From NCBI GenBank assembly GCA_030390025.1, contig CM059433.1:14944001-15008000 (forward strand): 64,000 nt of DNA. Reading direction: 5' to 3'. How positions within the stretch are numbered: position 1 is the first letter of the stretch; each line of letters begins with the position of its first letter. The DNA comes from Squalus acanthias. Taxonomy: Eukaryota. The notes beneath the pieces were generated by a model. The model ran no database searches. It saw nothing but the letters and a program-made list of their open reading frames with translations, and had not been told where the DNA came from. Both the position numbers and the translations under genes were made by a program. Positions 36,112-49,305 of the stretch are shown here, piece by piece.

Positions 36112-36310
36112 AAGAACATAAGAAAGACGAGCAGGAGCGGGCCATAAAGCCCTTCGAGCCTGCTCCGCCATTCAATAAGATCATAGCTGACCTTCTACCT
36201 AAACTCTAATTTCCCACCCTATCCTTGATTCTCTTAATATCCAAAAATCTATCGATCTCTGTCTTGAATATATTCAATGACTGAGCCTCCACAGCCCTCT
36301 GGGGTAGATC
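36112..36310 (-). mobile_element. Short CR1 3' end
   Basis: TAAGAACATAAGAA tail plus GCCCTTCGAGCCTGCTCCGCCATTCAAT. Confidence 0.8.
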
Positions 36311-36619
36311 ATTTCTCTTCCTTGTGCAAATATTTTAACATGAAAACTACTGGCGTGTAAACTTGTGTGTGAAATTTGTCTGCCTTTTCTCCCCCTCAAA
36401 ATTAGGGTTCCATCTACATTCACATTGTTTGGACAAACACTGAACAAATCCTAGGGGTAAGATTTTCACTCCTGACTTGGACACTTCTGCTCAACTTGAA
36501 TGTTGATGTCACCTTATGACCATAGTTAAGCAGAGTAAGTTTCCCAAGTGTTCCCTTTGACCAAGAACTGCTCATATGATTGACAGTTGCAAGCAGTCCA
36601 GTTGGTATGGCTGATTAAG

Positions 36620-38250
36620 ACGATCATCGGAACAGGAGTAGGCCACTCAGCCCCTCGAGCCTGTTCTGCCATTCGATTAGGACTTGCTGATCTGGAGCTC
36701 AACCCTATTTACCCACCTTTGTTCCACATCCCTTGATGCCCTTACCAAACAAAAATCTATCGCTCTCAAGTCTTGAAAATTTCAATTGATCCGGCATCCA
36801 CAACATTTTGGGAGAGCTACTTCCAGAGTTCCACTACCCTTTGTGTGAAAAAGTACTTCCTCATTTCACTCCTAAATGGCCCGGCTCTAATTAAGATTAT
36901 ACCCTCTTGTTCTGGATTCCCCTACTAGCAAAAATACTTTTTCTGTATCGACTCTATCCAATCATTTAATCACTTTAAATATCTTAATTAGATCACCCAT
37001 CCACCTTATAAACTCAAAGGAATACAAGCCAAGTTTATGCAAGCTCTTCTCATAATTTAACCCTTTAAGCCTTGTCAGCTGTGGCTCAGTGGTAGCACAC
37101 TCGCCTCTGAGTCCGAAGGATTGTGGGTTTCAAGTCCTACTCCAGGTACTTGAGCACATAAAATCTAGGCTGACACTCCAGTGCAGTGCTGAGGGAGTGC
37201 TGAACTGTGTCAGAGGTGCCGTCTTTCAGATGAGACGTTAAACCAAGGCCCCGTCTGCTCTCTCAGGTAGACATAAAAGATCCCATGGCACTATTTCGAA
37301 GAAGAGCAAAGGAGTTATCCCTGGTATCCTTAGCCAATATTTATCCATCAATCAACATCACTAAAAACAGATTATCTGGTCATTATCACATTGTTGTTTG
37401 TGGGAGCTTGATGTGTGCAGATTGGCTGCCGCGTTTCCCACATTACAAAAGTGACTACACTTCAAAAGTACATCATTGGCTGTAAAGTGCTTTGAGATGT
37501 CCGGTGGTTGTGAAAGGCGCTATATAAATGCAAGTCTTTCTTTCTTGGTATCATTTTGATGAATCTACACTGTATCCCTTCCAATACCAATATATCTTTC
37601 CTGAGGTTTGGTGCCCAAAACTGAAAGCAGTGTCCAGATGGGGTCTGACCAAGGCTCTGTATAACTGAAGCTCCACTTCCTCACTCTTGAATTTCAATCC
37701 CCTGGAGATAAAAATACAACATTCTTTTAGCGTTTTTGATTAATTTTTGTAACTGTGCACTAGCGTTTAGGGATTTGGACACATCTCCTTTTCTCACCAT
37801 TAAGAAAATATTTATATTTCTCAGATCTAAAGCTGATGACCTCACACTTCCCCACATTAAACTGCATCTGCCATAGTTTTGCCCATGTCCCTTTGTAACT
37901 TCCTTCTCCTATCCACACAATTTACTTCAAACTTAATGACATCTGCAAACTTGATATACAACTCTCCATTCATTCATCCAAAGTCATTACGTCATATGGT
38001 GAAAAGATAAGGTCCCAGTACAAATCCCTGTGGAACTCCACTCATCATATCCTGCCAATCAGGGTATGACCCTTTTATCCCTACACTCTATTTCTTACCT
38101 CCCAACCAATTACTAATCCACGTCACAAGATTACCTCCAATTCCATGTACTCTCATTTTTGCTAATAATTTCTTGTATGTAGCCTTCTGGTCGTCCATAT
38201 AGACAACATCCATAGACATTTCCCTGTCGACCATGCTAGTGACCTCCTCA
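36620..38250 (-). mobile_element. Old CR1 ORF2 3' fragment interrupted by a SINE
   Basis: Degenerate match to the CR1 3' UTR and RT C-terminus on both sides of 37073-37545. Confidence 0.75.
37073..37545 (+). mobile_element. Full-length tRNA-headed Deu-type SINE (SacSINE1-like)
   Basis: A box TGGCTCAGTGG, B-box-like GGTTTCAAGTCC, central CAGATGAGACGTTAAACC..AAAAGATCCCATGGCACT, 3' GAAAGGCGCTATATAAATGCAAG(TCTT)n. Confidence 0.85.
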
Positions 38251-41200
38251 AAAAGAAATACACAGAGTATGTTTTGAAACTTTCAAGTCTTTTCTAAATT
38301 TTTACCAGCTGAACTTCATAACAAATGCTACAGCAGGTTTTAATAGAAGGAGGGATAAAAACAGCTACCTCCAATTCCATTGCTTTTCAGCTAAAAACGT
38401 TAAACTGATCAAATTCTGCTCTGTGCTGGAATCCAGCAAAGTCACTAAAATGGTAAGCACCAGGAATGCAGACACCCTACAGTTCTGCAAATTTATTATT
38501 GAACATATATTATTCTCAGCACAACTAGAAATAGCAGGTAACATAGCCACAATTGGAAAAGCGTTAAGAAGATTGGACAATTGAGATTGCATTACATCTC
38601 ATTAAGCAGCCAAAATATTCACAATTGCTACATTCATTACTTGTATAGGCAGAAAAGCTCCAAACATATTTGATGGTGTTCAGTTTTCAGACAGATGGAG
38701 GCAAGACTTAGCAAGATGGAACAATTTTTCATTGAAAAAATTAATTAAATTAAAAATTCCTGAAATAAACTATAAACATTGTGCAAAGCTTCATGGTAGA
38801 AAAAAAATGCACCTGCTGCTTGGAATTGGAAGTGTAATACGTGGAGAGAACAGAACCATTTCTCAGCCAGATGTTCAAAGTCCACAATTCGGAAAAAAAA
38901 GGGCTACATACAATGGATAAAGCCAATTGTGACTCAGGTGAAGTTTACACTCTCACTTGAACCTGTTGGATCTGTAGAAGATCATTGTGCTAACAAATTA
39001 TCTGTCAACAACAAACAAGTCGGGACTATGTTGCTACTGTCAGTGCTCGGGGAATGAATACCAGAGAATGGTTGATGATCCAAGTGGCAGAGAACTTCAC
39101 TGCTCATATTCAACAAAACAGAAATCAAATCACCGGTGTTTTCCTGCAAGAGATTGCTGTGAGGCAGCCCTATCCCTGCACTCATAATCATAGTGCAATC
39201 TGTTAAATGTTTGGCATCGGCCCATCTCCATTACAGTCACTTGTTTTCTCTTACTGGAGACTCCTGCCAATTGCAGGAGAGTTAGTCAGCCTGGTGATAC
39301 AAAATGACACAAAACCTCGCAGAACACCAGGTTGGTTGCACAGAAATACAAAGGAATTCACTATACCCTGGAAATTACAACAACTGGGAAATTAGCCAGC
39401 CTCACTGTTCACATGACTTTCTTTGGACCAGAAAAGTCCTGTCAGAAACCCATGATTTTCCATCGATTAATGTCACTCGAACAAACAAGATTTTCCAATC
39501 AGTTGCCAGCTGTGTGCAAGGTCTGGGCTGTGGCAAGGGGTATCAGGCAGTTCCACCTTTACTGTCAAAGTTCACACCCAAGGAATGGCCAGTTGCACGG
39601 GGTACCGGTGAGTACCCATGCCCCAGTATGAGTCAGCACCACGAAGCGAAGATGGCTGCACCAGATTTTTCCATCGGCTCCTATTGCAGCGAAAAAAGTA
39701 TTTAGGCTGTGCATAACTCATTTTCAAAAATGTGAAATCTTCTAATCCCCTGAGGAAGAAAAAATATTGAATATCAGGCATTTACGTCACCCGGTACAGA
39801 TTGTTTCAAGTTGGAACTGAAGGCTGCTATCAGTATGATGGCTGGGCTAGTGAGTAAAGCCCTATTTTGGAATACACAGCACAAAAAGATATAAATTCCA
39901 TAGTCTAACATCATAAACCACACATTTTGAAAATATTTTAGAACAAGTAGTAAGGTGTTTGCAAGAGGTTTTTTTAACTGTTTGTAATTAGAAGCCAGAT
40001 CTATTCTGCACCCTTTCTCCTCAGTGAGGTGAATAACTGGTAATGGCTGCACGCTCAAAGTTTTATCTGGAGCCAATCTTTCAGAGCCTGGTTATATAAA
40101 TCCACAGATTGCACAGTGGTAGGAGAATAGATGTTTGCCATGCATTTCATAATGACTGTGGAGTAATGAGTTTACGGGCAATATATTCTGTGCAACATCT
40201 TGTTCTCTGGCTTATTTCTTTTTTAAAAAGAGATTGTAACAAAGATTAAAAGCTTTAAGATTATCCCTAGCGACAGCAGATACACATGGAACCAACAAAA
40301 CCACTCACCAGCCATCATAAACAGAACTGTTATGCGGAAATAAACGTAACTCTCACTAATCACCACAACCAAAAGAAGTACTGTGTTTAAATTTTAGTCA
40401 TGTAGGGTCCTTGAACTTCATGACTGCCCCGACACAGTGAAGTTACAATGAAGCTCTGCAGCATTACACAATTCAATTTGAGATAAATTTGCAATCAAAA
40501 TGTGCTTAAAGGAAAATACAGAGGGAAGTTTTGAGGTTGCACAAAGGACTAAGCCTTGGGATTTGCAGCTGATGTATGTTTCGGTCAAATACAAACAGTT
40601 GGAGCTTATACAAGCTGCTGACTGTGCAAAAGCACAAACACTCATGTGCAGCCAACGTAGAAGTAAATGCAAATTATTCAGCCTATGGGCAAGTGCACAG
40701 GCCAGACATTCAAATTCATAAAGATTTTTAATACACAGTGCCCTGGAAATCTGCCTTACTGGCTAGATAGTAAAACCTAGATGAAATTGCGAGAGAAAAA
40801 AATGCTTCTGAGCTTTAATAACTCCTTATGCTACGAGGAGGATGCAATGTTAGGCTTATCTTGATTACCATTGCAGTGAAATTGCCACGGATACCCTGCA
40901 AACATGCCCTTTGGCGTGCTGGTGAGGTTGTTATGCCACCACGTCATAGCAACTTGCAAGGCATCATTTTCCGACTCGTTCCGATGGAAAAAAAAAATCC
41001 AAGTAGGAGCCAAATTTTAGATTTGTTACTTCTGATTGAAAGCGGAGGGAAACAGGCCCCTGGAGCCAGGAACGGGCCGGTGGTCTGATGACTTCGGCAG
41101 CACCATGAAGTGATTTTCCAGGTAATAAAAATCGCTGCTGGAACTGTCAGAATTACTTTATTTCTGCTTCAAGTTTCAGAGACGAACCTTTGCTTACGCA

Positions 41201-41719
41201 GCAATGTATCGATAGATAAACCATGGAATAAAATATTTTATGTCAAGAGCACCATTTAGGAATATAGAGCTGATATCATATCCATATAATATACAGCGGT
41301 TTATCACTCCCCCACCACCCCCCCAACCATAAAGGTGTTTTCACACAACTAGCAGTAACTTTATATGATTAAACACCATGCCAGTCCATTCATTCTGATT
41401 CAAGGTTCCAGCTGAAACAATTAATATTCATTGTACTGCTCAATATGTTGTTCCCTTTCTGCTCGATTTTAGGTTTTTATGCAGTTTAAAATAACAGTGT
41501 TAAAATAGCGGACATAGAAATGTACATGAACACATTAAACAGAGCACTACCAGACAAAATTAAACTCCAAATATTTATCGCTTTCAGATGCCAACTCATC
41601 TGCTGTGCAAATCTAGCACCTTCTTGTTTTATTCTTAAATTTGAACGTACTCTTTGCCCCTAGTAACCACCAACATTTTCTATGGCCCGCTTAGCACATG
41701 TACTGTTCCTCTTCCAATC

Positions 41720-42015
41720 AAACTGCAGTTATCACCCACTTTCTCAAAAATAAGCTAATCTTGGTCTCTCTGCCCTCTCCGATTACCATCCTATATTTAA
41801 CCTTTACTTCTTCTTCAAGCTCCTCTTGTCCCAACTCCACCTTTCTCGCTGGCTGCTCAAGCAGGCTGAACCAGGTGGCCCGCATCTTCAGTGTTCTACT
41901 TGACACCGACGTTTCAAACTCTTCAGACTATCCTTCACCAAGATCACATACACCAACCTTTGCGACATTATCTGCCTCCATCCTACCTCATCCCCACTGC
42001 CACCAAAACTCTGAC
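41720..42015 (+). mobile_element. Degenerate L2 fragment
   Basis: RLNQVARIFSVLLD.. followed by a TKITYTNLCDIICLHP..TKTL-like segment, resembling L2 RLNQTVRNLGVLFD..TKTAYFHLRNI. Confidence 0.55.
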
Positions 42016-42394
42016 AAAAATGAAACATTTTTTGCCCCAAGATTTAGCTTGCTATAACTCAGACACAGTACATAAGGGGTTAAAGACCATCTTCATTGAC
42101 AAATAGTGGTTCCTACTCAATGTTACATTCTGTTGCAATGATCAGCCGATTACTGAAAGGAAAAGAGCCCCAAAGGACGGGCCAAGCCTTCCAATTTAAC
42201 GACAAATGTTCTTTATGTGTTTGATTGGCATTTTCTTTTGAATTTAAGTTATTTAAATTCATGATGTCCCAGTAACAGTTTCAAAGTTATTGATCAGCAC
42301 ACCTTTCTCAAATCAGAAAGACTACGTGCAACCTGCAAAGAGAGTCAGCTAAGCCGGACAACTTCTGCAGCTTACAAGAAGAAAAACACGATGT

Positions 42395-44903
42395 AAGAAC
42401 ATTGCGGTAGAAATAACGGTGAGGCTGTCAGTGCTCGCTGTTATTAAAGTGTAAATCAGTCAGCAACTTCCGGCGGCTGCACGTGTGCAGTTAAATGCAG
42501 AAGTCATGAAGTCGCTGCGCGAGTTGCCCTGCTCCTCTAGAAGCTTCGCTACACCGGTATCTCGCTGACAGACTCGGCATTGAAACACATGGAACGGCGT
42601 GACGTTGCTGCACTTACGTGATAGATACCCACTAAACGCGCCAGAAAAAGTTAGGGCTTGTCCATTCCAGAGTAAGTGTTCTTTTAATGGTGTGGTAAGT
42701 CTTAATTACTGCCAAACAACCTTTCTGGCACTGAAAATTAACATTTGCAAGTGGAGTCTCATTCAGCTTCAGCTTTTAATTATTGTCGGAGATTTAAAAA
42801 AATAAAAAAATGTAAACAATTTTTTTAAACTTTTTCTTTCTGTCTCTTTTATCTCGCTCACTTAATCCCATCTTGCTTACCCTCTATTTTGCTTTCTGCA
42901 CATGATTTGAAATTGAATTAATTATTCTAAATTAGGCCACGATTTTGCCTACCGAGGCGGGTCCTGGGCGGCCGGGGTCGGGGTGCGACCCCGCTGCTGG
43001 CTCCAGCCCGCTCTGTGAAAAGAATTTTACGCTAATTGAGCTTGTTAAGCCCGCCCAGCACGTCTCCAGGCCAACTGAAGGAAGCGGGACTGATGACGTC
43101 ACTTGATGACGCATCATCAGCCGGTTTCCTTAAAGGGACCATGCACAAATTTATTTTGACAGTCCTGCTGTCAGTATTCTATAGCATTGAGGTGCTGCAA
43201 ACACTGACAATCACTGCAGAGAGGTGCACAGCTGCACCCAGGCTCTCTCATGACTCCCTCCATATGCTTATGGAGGGAGTCACAGCATGCAGGGAGGTTC
43301 TCTTCCCTTCCGATGGGCAGAAGAGACCTCCCCAGGAGATCAATACAGCCTGGATGCACATTGCACAGGAGGACACAAGCAGGGATGTCGTCAGGAGGAC
43401 CAGGCTGCAGTGGCGCAAACCTTTCAATGATCTCAGTAGATCACGAAACGTTACTGCAAAGCCACACTGAACCTCATCCTGCTGTGTCACTCATCACATC
43501 CCCATCGCTCTGCCTTCCCTACCCTACTCCTGCACATCCTTACTCACACCAACTTACCATCCACCTCCACCCATCCTTCTCTATCTACATTATCACTTCC
43601 CCATCTCACCAGCCACCCCTGACACTCACCCTCATCCTAATTCAATCATATCAACTAACAACACACAATGGTAGGCACTTGGGTGTTTTAGCTAATGTTC
43701 ATGTGAAGTTTCTGTTAATGTGCTGTCAAACCTTGAAATCTTTATTTTCAAAACTTTGCATTCTTGGACAGATTTGTGTGCACCTTCGGAAGTGACTTAG
43801 TGAGTTGCAGTGAATGGTGAGACATAATGGTACCACCCGCAATGGTGATGAGTGTGAAAGGAATGGCTTGGGCATTATAGGGATGCTTTATGGTATTGGC
43901 GTGGGGTGGTGCCAACCTGGTGCATCATGTGGCAGCCAGGGTGTACAGCGTCAAGTGAAGTAAATCTGGCCATGGTGAGGCCATCCCTGACCTCCCGGGC
44001 AGCAATGTGGTCGGGTACTGATGCCCTGTGTCCTGTGCAGCATCAGTTGATTGCGGAGAAGGTTGGTGTTGATGCTGCTGGTGTGCCTGGTGATGCTGGT
44101 GTTGGGGCTGATCGTGGTGGGATTCTGAGGACCAAGGTCAGATTTTTTCAAAGGCACCGATGCTGATGGAACAGATGATAGGCGAAGTAGAGATGACAGA
44201 AGTGATCTGTCAATGGTGAGAGAGGTTGTTCCAATGAGGTGACACAGGATACAGAGTTTGCTCCAAACACTTGCAAGCTGGATAAAGCTCAATCAGTCTT
44301 CCAAATGCAGTAAGCAACAGCTTCTAACGTTGCAAAGTGAAGACCTATGAAATGGGAGCTTTTATAGACCATTTGCAGCTGTTAAGTGAAGAAATCATCC
44401 CATGCTGACACAACACCCGACCTCCTTACCTGATGTGATCCCCGAGCAGCGGGGAAGCCATTGAAGAACTCTAAAAATCAAAATACTACTTAATTGCCTC
44501 TTAACAATCCAGCTAATGATCTAAATTGCCTCCCCTGCCGCTTGGTGTCGGGTCTGTTCAGCGCTGACAGAGCCGACATCTGGGAGACTAGCGTGGAGGC
44601 GGGTTCACAGCGTGTTCCCTACCCACTGTCAAAAAAAACCTTTTCCCAGTCGACCCGCCACCAAACGCACCCCATGACCCCCCGAAAAATTCCGGCCTTT
44701 CACTTCTTGGTTTAGACTGTGCACGGCTCAGTAAGGATTCTTCAGTCTGGTTGGTGATGGAGATACACAGTTGCTTGCCCTGTTCACACAGGTCCCAGAT
44801 CCCCTGTAGAGGGCGCTGTGCCGAAGTGGCACTCTAATTGCAGTAAGTTCCAGTGTAAAAGCCCATAGAAAGTTTGTTTGCCTCTTACTGGAAAATCCGG
44901 CCC
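42395..44903. mobile_element. ~740-bp Harbinger-type MITE split by copy D
   Basis: 42395-42934 plus 44698-44903 align with the reverse complement of 48147-48888; ends GGAAAATCCGGCCC. Confidence 0.75.
42935..44697 (+). mobile_element. Non-autonomous PIF/Harbinger element, copy D
   Basis: Ends GGCCACGATTTT...AAAATTCCGGCC; flanks TTA/TTT; Myb-like remnant. Confidence 0.87.
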
Positions 44904-44986
44904 ATTAATTGCAGTACAGTTTCGCACATAACTTACAAACTATGTTATTTTCTATAACAGATGGCATAAATACTGTAAAATATATT

Positions 44987-45908
44987 GGGGGAGATTTTCA
45001 GCTTGCTGCCTGGGTATAAAACTGGCGTTGTGGATCAGCTGCCCGTTATGGAGCCTGCCCTATTTTCATTTCCATTGATCTCAATTTCTGTAAAAGGCGG
45101 CTGATCCAAAAGAAATTCGCCTCTCCGGCTTGCCGCGGGGGTAAAGATCGCGCGCGCACTTACCTACCGCGCCTGCCGTTGTGTTTTGGGCCCACGGGAA
45201 CTTCAGCTCCTGGGCCTGCTCCAACTGCCGGCGCACAGTGCTTGCGTGTCCCAGGGGCGCAGTTAGTGCGATGCGTCCCCTGGGATCACGTGGGCCATGG
45301 AGAGCCAATGGCAGCAGACCATCTTTCATTCATAGATTTGACAGGAAGAGCTGTCAAATCTGTGAATTGAAATCGGCCCCAAAAGAACAGCTAAACTTAA
45401 AATAAATTAAAAAAAACCATCACATTTATAAAATAACTATAGTTAAATAAATTAACCACTTTAAACAAAAATTTAAATTTTTGAAAAAATTAAAATACTT
45501 TTTAAAAGTGATAAAAATAAACTTACCTTTCTTTAAAGTATCTAAAAAAGATAAACCTGTTGAAAAATGTTTTAAATTATACTTAATTAACCACTTACCT
45601 TGTTGAAAACGGCTCCTGCGCCTCCTTTTTATAAGCGTCGGTTCTTCACTACTTACCCTCCCGGAGAAAACTGAAAAAAAATCTAAGTTTGCTGCGTGCG
45701 CGCAGCCTCTACCGCGCACGCGGTTCACCTAGGAACCACCCCCTTCACCAGACCGGAAGTTCCAGTTTCCCGCGCATGCGCAGTGCATGCAGGAAACCGG
45801 CACTTCGGGACGCATTACGGGTGAGTACACAGTGCGTACTCACCCGGGAAGGGCCGAATTTTTGGCCCAATAGCTTTACACCCAGGCAGCAAGTTGAAAC
45901 TCTATTCC
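44987..45908. mobile_element. Short palindromic MITE hosting the 764-bp MITE
   Basis: Left arm TTTCAGCTTGCTGCCTGGGTATAAAACT..TGGATCAGCTGCC pairs with GGCGGCTGATCCA and AGCTTTACACCCAGGCAGCAAGTTGAAA on either side of the insert. Confidence 0.65.
45111..45868 (-). mobile_element. Second copy of the 764-bp MITE (inverted, one TIR clipped)
   Basis: Reverse complement of 19989-20746 with scattered substitutions. Confidence 0.88.
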
Positions 45909-46191
45909 ATTAGGGTACTTCTACTATTTACATGTTTTATTTCAAACTCTGGTCTCTTTTGCATTCTCCATTCTCCTCCTCCAAAAAACAAAGGCAGGAC
46001 CTTCAGCTGGCCCAGTCCTAGTCTCTGGAACTCGTTCCATAAACTCCTCCACCTTTCTACTTATCTCAAGTCTTTTCAAAAATTATCTTTGCCACTACTG
46101 CTCAGCATCGTCAGGTAAATATAGACAAATGGCAGTTTTTACATAAATGCAATGCAGTTTTCCTTTGCAATAGCTGCAGCAAAGTGTGATG

Positions 46192-46631
46192 TCACATTGT
46201 CCGCATGCCCGATACGAGACTCCCAAAACAAGCGCTCTACTCGGAGCTCCGGCACGGCAACAGAGCCCCAGGTGGGCAGAGGAAACGCTTCAAGGACACC
46301 CTCAAAGCCTCCTTGAAAAAGTGCAACATCCCCACCGACACCTGGGAATCCCTGGCCCAAGACCGCACAAAGTGGAGGAGAAGCATCCGGGAAGGCGCCG
46401 AATACCTCGAGTCTCTTCGCCGGGAGCAAGCGGAAGCCAAGCGCAAACAGCGGAAGGAGCGCGCGTCAACCCAAGTACCCCACCCACCCGCCCCTTCAAC
46501 CACCGTCTGCCCCACCCGTGACAGAGACTGTAGGTCCCGCATTGGACTCATCAGTCACCTGAGAACTCATTTTTAATGTGGAAGCAAGTCATCCTCGGTT
46601 CCGAGGGACTGCCTAAGAAGAAGAGAAGAAG
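46192..46631 (+). mobile_element. RTE LINE 3' fragment
   Basis: MPDTRLPKQALYSEL..; (AAG)n tail; 11-bp TSD AAAGTGTGATG. Confidence 0.92.
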
Positions 46632-47498
46632 AAAGTGTGATGATAAAATTTGATGGCTCCTCAAATTTTGAGAAGCTGTGTAAGACACGCTTGAAAAGGT
46701 GCTCTCATTGCAAATCAGCTTTGCCCTAGCTCGGTAGAACTGCATGCAATGTTGACCAAACATTAAAAACTTACCAGATAGTTCCCAGTCCAGCTGAGAA
46801 CCTTTAAAACTTAATTTTAAACTTTATCTTTGCTTTTGCCTGTTGGGTTAGCTCTTTGCTAACATTAAAACCTAAGTGACATTTGGACAGCAGCAAGTGG
46901 AGCTCTGTGCGTACATGTTTTCTGTGTGTTCATCTGCTTTGGACTCTCTTGCATAACATCCAAAATCATTGACCTGACATTTTTTATTCGAAGCATCTTT
47001 AGTGTAAACATAGATAGGTCAGCCCATGTCACTGAAGGGGAAGGATTTTTGGATTCTCTGGATTTTCTTCTTCTTCATTTGCACTGTAGGCTGCATTTAC
47101 CTTTGTTCTGCAGCAAATATATTCAATTTCAATGAGTGCTGTAGGCTTATTGTCAACTAAATAAGCACCTACCTACATCAGCTTGTTCTCAGAATAGTGT
47201 TTCGCCATTGCAATAATGAGGCCTCCCGATAATCACCAAATGCTGCATTACTCTTGGCTGTTCTTGGTGGTTAGAAAAATGTGAATTACAGATAAAGGTT
47301 TGGATTAGAGTGGGTAGACTGCACTGAGAAAATATGTATTACTGGATTCAAACAATGTAAACTCTTAAAATAACTGTCATAGGCCCCAAATATTAATGTA
47401 CAGCAAAGCTCAAGCTACATTTGGGTAACTAATCTACATACCCAAATGTAATTCCTTGACTGGAAATGATTCAGCTCCTGCCTATAATGTGCTGTAAA

Positions 47499-47968
47499 AG
47501 AAAGACTTGCATTTATATAGCGCCTTTCATAACCACTGGGCGTCTCAAAGCGCTTTACAGCCAATGAAGCACTTTTTTTTGGTGTGTAGTCACTGTTGTA
47601 ATGTGGGAAATGCGGCAGCCAATTTGCACACAGAAAGCTCCCACAAACAACAATGTGATAATGACCAGATAATCTGTTTTTGTTATGTTGATTGAGGGAT
47701 AAATATTGGACAGAGACACCAGGAATAACTCCCCTACTCTTCTTTGAAATAGTGCCATGGGATCTTTTACATTCACCTGAGAGAGCAGACAGGGCCTCAG
47801 TTTAACGTCTCATCCGAAAGACAGCACCTCTGACAGTGCAGCACTCCCTCAGCACTGCACTGGTGTGTCAGCCTAGCTTCATGGGCTATGAGTTCCTGGG
47901 GGTGGGATTTGAACCCACGCAACACTTGCGGACTCAGAGGCGAGTGTGCTACCCACTGAGCCACAGCT
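47499..47968 (-). mobile_element. tRNA-headed Deu-type SINE
   Basis: Reverse complement of 37073-37545; B box GGTTCAAATCC. Confidence 0.85.
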
Positions 47969-48146
47969 GTAATGATGATAATAGTTACATATATAGCCCA
48001 GGGACCTCTCAGTGATGTAAGACTTTTTTATAAGGCAAAGTCCCTGCTCACTGGCAATCATGCGGGAAAAAAAAACCAAATAATTAATTTTAAAGTTGTT
48101 TTTAAATGAAATGATTCATTTATCTTAATTTTTAAACAAGAATAAT

Positions 48147-48888
48147 GGCCTGGATTTTGCAGTCAGTGGCGAACGAACGGCGCTAGCCGTTCATTACACT
48201 TATACTCATCCACTGACTTTCTATGGGCTTTTGCACTGGAACTTGCTGCGATTAGAAATCCATTTTGGCGCAGTGCCTTCTACAGGATATCTGGAACCTG
48301 TGTGAACAGGGCAGCAATGGAGTGTCCCTAACCAATCAGATTGAAGAATCCTTACTGCAATTGCAGAGTCTGAACCAGGAAGTGTAAGTTAGAATAGTTA
48401 ATTCAATGTCAAATCATGTACAGAAAGTAAAAAAAGAGAGGGAATGAAAGATGGGATTAAGAGAGACATAAAAGAGAAGGAAAAAAATGTTTTAAATTAA
48501 AAAAAAAAAATTATTTAACTCTCTAACAATAATTAAAATCCGAAGGAATGAGGCTCCACACTTGTAAAAGTTAATTTTCAGTGCCAGAGAGGTTGTTTGG
48601 CAATAATTAAGACTTATCACAGCATAAAAAATTACTTACACTGGAATGGACAAGCCCTAACATTTTCTGGCGAGTTTAGTGGGTGTCTATCACGTAAGTA
48701 TAGCAACTTCATGTGTTTCAACGTGAAGTCTCTCGGCGAGATACCGGTGTAGCGCAGCTTCTGGACGAGCAGGGCAACTTGGACAGCGACTGCGCATATG
48801 TGGTCACCGGAAGTTGCAGTTCAATTTACTCTTTAACAATGATGAGCGCTGATAGCCTCACCATTATTCCTACCGCAAAATCCGGGAC
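48147..48888. mobile_element. Harbinger-type MITE
   Basis: TIRs GGCCTGGATTTTGC...GCAAAATCCGGGAC, flanks AAT/TAT. Confidence 0.75.
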
Positions 48889-49305
48889 TATGTGTTTACT
48901 GATGTGGCCTGTAATAATGCAGGCTGAATCACAGAAAATACAGCCCATTCAGTGGAGGTCCATGTTTTGTTGACAATAAGATTTTATTTTCAGGCTTGTA
49001 CTTTTTCTGTCAATTTTTATTCTATTCTGCAAGGGTGTAAAATTACATGTTGACTGTCAGAAAGAAAATACAAGGATAAATGAGATAGAATACTAAGCAA
49101 TTTTTGTTGCTTGAAATAAAGAGAAATGTGTGTTTTTCAACATAATTTTATAACAAAATTGTGTGAAAATAAGATTTTGAAATTTGCAGTTGTCGACAGT
49201 AATTATTTCAGCAGTAATAATTACAGTGCCTCTATGCATCTCAAGCAACTCATAACTCCCTTAAACTAGTTTAAATAGCTGAAAATTAAGTAATCCAGCA
49301 ACAAA

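Noticed and set aside
37073..37150. tRNA gene (also ~47900-47968)
   Set aside because: A/B boxes lead directly into a multicopy SINE body; no complete cloverleaf or terminator seen.
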